From: Laetmonice hystrix
Taxonomy: Eukaryota
DNA: 64,000 nucleotides
Direction: 5' to 3'
Assembly (NCBI GenBank): GCA_965235115.1
Contig: OZ249436.1
Location: 37,448,001-37,512,000, forward strand
Under the pieces are notes generated by a model. That model was given only the letters and a program-made list of their open reading frames with translations. It searched no databases and was not told where the DNA came from. The position numbers were made by a program, and so were the translations under genes. Positions 62,689 through 64,000 of this stretch are shown one piece after another (position 1 is the first letter of the stretch; every line of letters starts with the position of its first letter).

Positions 62689-64000
62689 TAACAGCAAGCT
62701 TCCCCACCCCCTTTGAGGGGCTAAGGACAACAAAGCAGTAAAAATGTTGTCTTTTTACCCACCGGAAACGTTGCCAAAGTTTTTTCTTCCGGTTTTCATT
62801 CGTTTCAGCCTTTATTTCCAAAAACCAAATACAATCCCCCCTTGGACAATAATACATCAGTGTTCCACAAAAATCTAAAGCCTAGAAAATTGTATCTTTT
62901 CTTCTGGGCCTGATAAAAAGTAATGATATTTTTATGTGCACTTGACAATGTTAGCAACGGACATCTATATTTTCCTATGTCCCATACGTCAGGGCATAAC
63001 CAACGTCAGAGGGAAGCAAAGGAAAAAGAAAAAAGAAATAAGAAGAAGAAGAATACAAAAAGGTAACTCACTCACACGGGCCTACTACTACATGTGTCAG
63101 ATAATAATCTCTAGAGCAGCGTAAGCAAAGGTAGCCTATAACATGACTGAACTCAGCCTACATCAAGGACAACACGTCTGAAATGTACACTCAGCATGTG
63201 CCCGTCTTTTAGTCACCAAACGCTGACCTTTTCATCCCGGCTGCATGTCCTCACATGTGAGCTTGTCACCAGGAAGTGTTGCGAAGTGCGCCGGGTAGGG
63301 GAACGATCACGTGACTCGGGCCGCCGGAACGCGCAGAGACGTGGCTCTGCAGGCGTCCTCGGTTACGTTGACATCGACCAGGCCAGTAGGGCCGATCAAC
63401 ATGATCAGGGGGCCATGAAAGGCGACGGCGCACCGGCCCCCGGCCACTTTGATACACGACGCATGAGGACATCAATATGAGATGACAGATAAAAGCTAGT
63501 CAGCCTCCTGCCTCCCCGGATGAATGACACACGGACACACACACACAGGGGGACAGAGGACGAAGACCGCGCCTTCTCCTATAAACCCACACACAAACAC
63601 AAACACTGCCGCTTGCTGACCTCTGAGGTACACTAATGCCACTTCTAGGATGGTCGCCACGCTGCCCCCTCCCCCTGATGCCTTTCACACAAACACAGAA
63701 ATGAATCAATACAGTATATGACACACCCTGGCAGTCTGTGCTGACATCTAGAAAGCCTGTTGTAACACTCACGTCTATACACCAATGACATTGGCTTGTC
63801 CTCAGAAGCTGACTTTGGGCGTGGCAGGCAGGAACCGGCGTCATTGTGCCAGTATGGTATGACCATCACCAATGAATGATTTCAATTGAGACTTGTCATA
63901 TTTATACAAAAGGAAGAGCATTCTACATAATTCTATCAATTTGTACTTAGATTTACATTCATCTCATTACCTTGTTTTGTAAAGGAATGAAACAGTCACC

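Larger units (their letters stand above)
39865..64000 (-). other. Probable upstream intron (24 kb or more) of the basonuclin gene; 5' exons not found in the window
   Basis: The 39864 exon begins at a phase-1 acceptor with no start codon. By eye I found no exon encoding the expected CxC..F.PGK...C..C.HGW segment between 39865 and 64000. Confidence 0.6.

Noticed and set aside
1-64000. tRNA, rRNA, snRNA or conserved miRNA genes
   Set aside because: No cloverleaf or A/B-box pairs and no mature sequences of the common bilaterian miRNAs were recognised by eye; tRNAscan-SE or Infernal would be decisive.

Overview
Eukaryotic (bilaterian invertebrate-like, taxon not determinable from sequence alone) genomic DNA. 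The only gene I can support is a minus-strand basonuclin / disconnected (BNC1/BNC2, disco) family zinc-finger gene. A 239-nt internal exon (39864-39626) encodes the conserved basonuclin N-terminal region. It splices across a ~30.2-kb intron to a 2937-nt terminal coding exon (9416-6480) carrying three pairs of C2H2 fingers. The expected upstream Cys-rich exon and start codon were not found, so the rest of the window (39865-64000) is probably further intron. Nearly all other ORFs in the track are antisense shadows, repeat-derived or chance ORFs, and no intact transposase, reverse transcriptase, tRNA, rRNA or recognisable conserved miRNA was seen. Non-coding structure includes 16-bp and 67/68-bp minisatellites, microsatellites and about 23 poly-G/poly-C runs of 10 or more bases (against about one poly-A/T run). 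There is also a tandem pair of RFX X-boxes downstream of the gene, and several intronic promoter-like motif clusters whose TATA boxes point antisense to the gene. I found no evidence for a new multi-gene system; the best leads are regulatory or splicing features.
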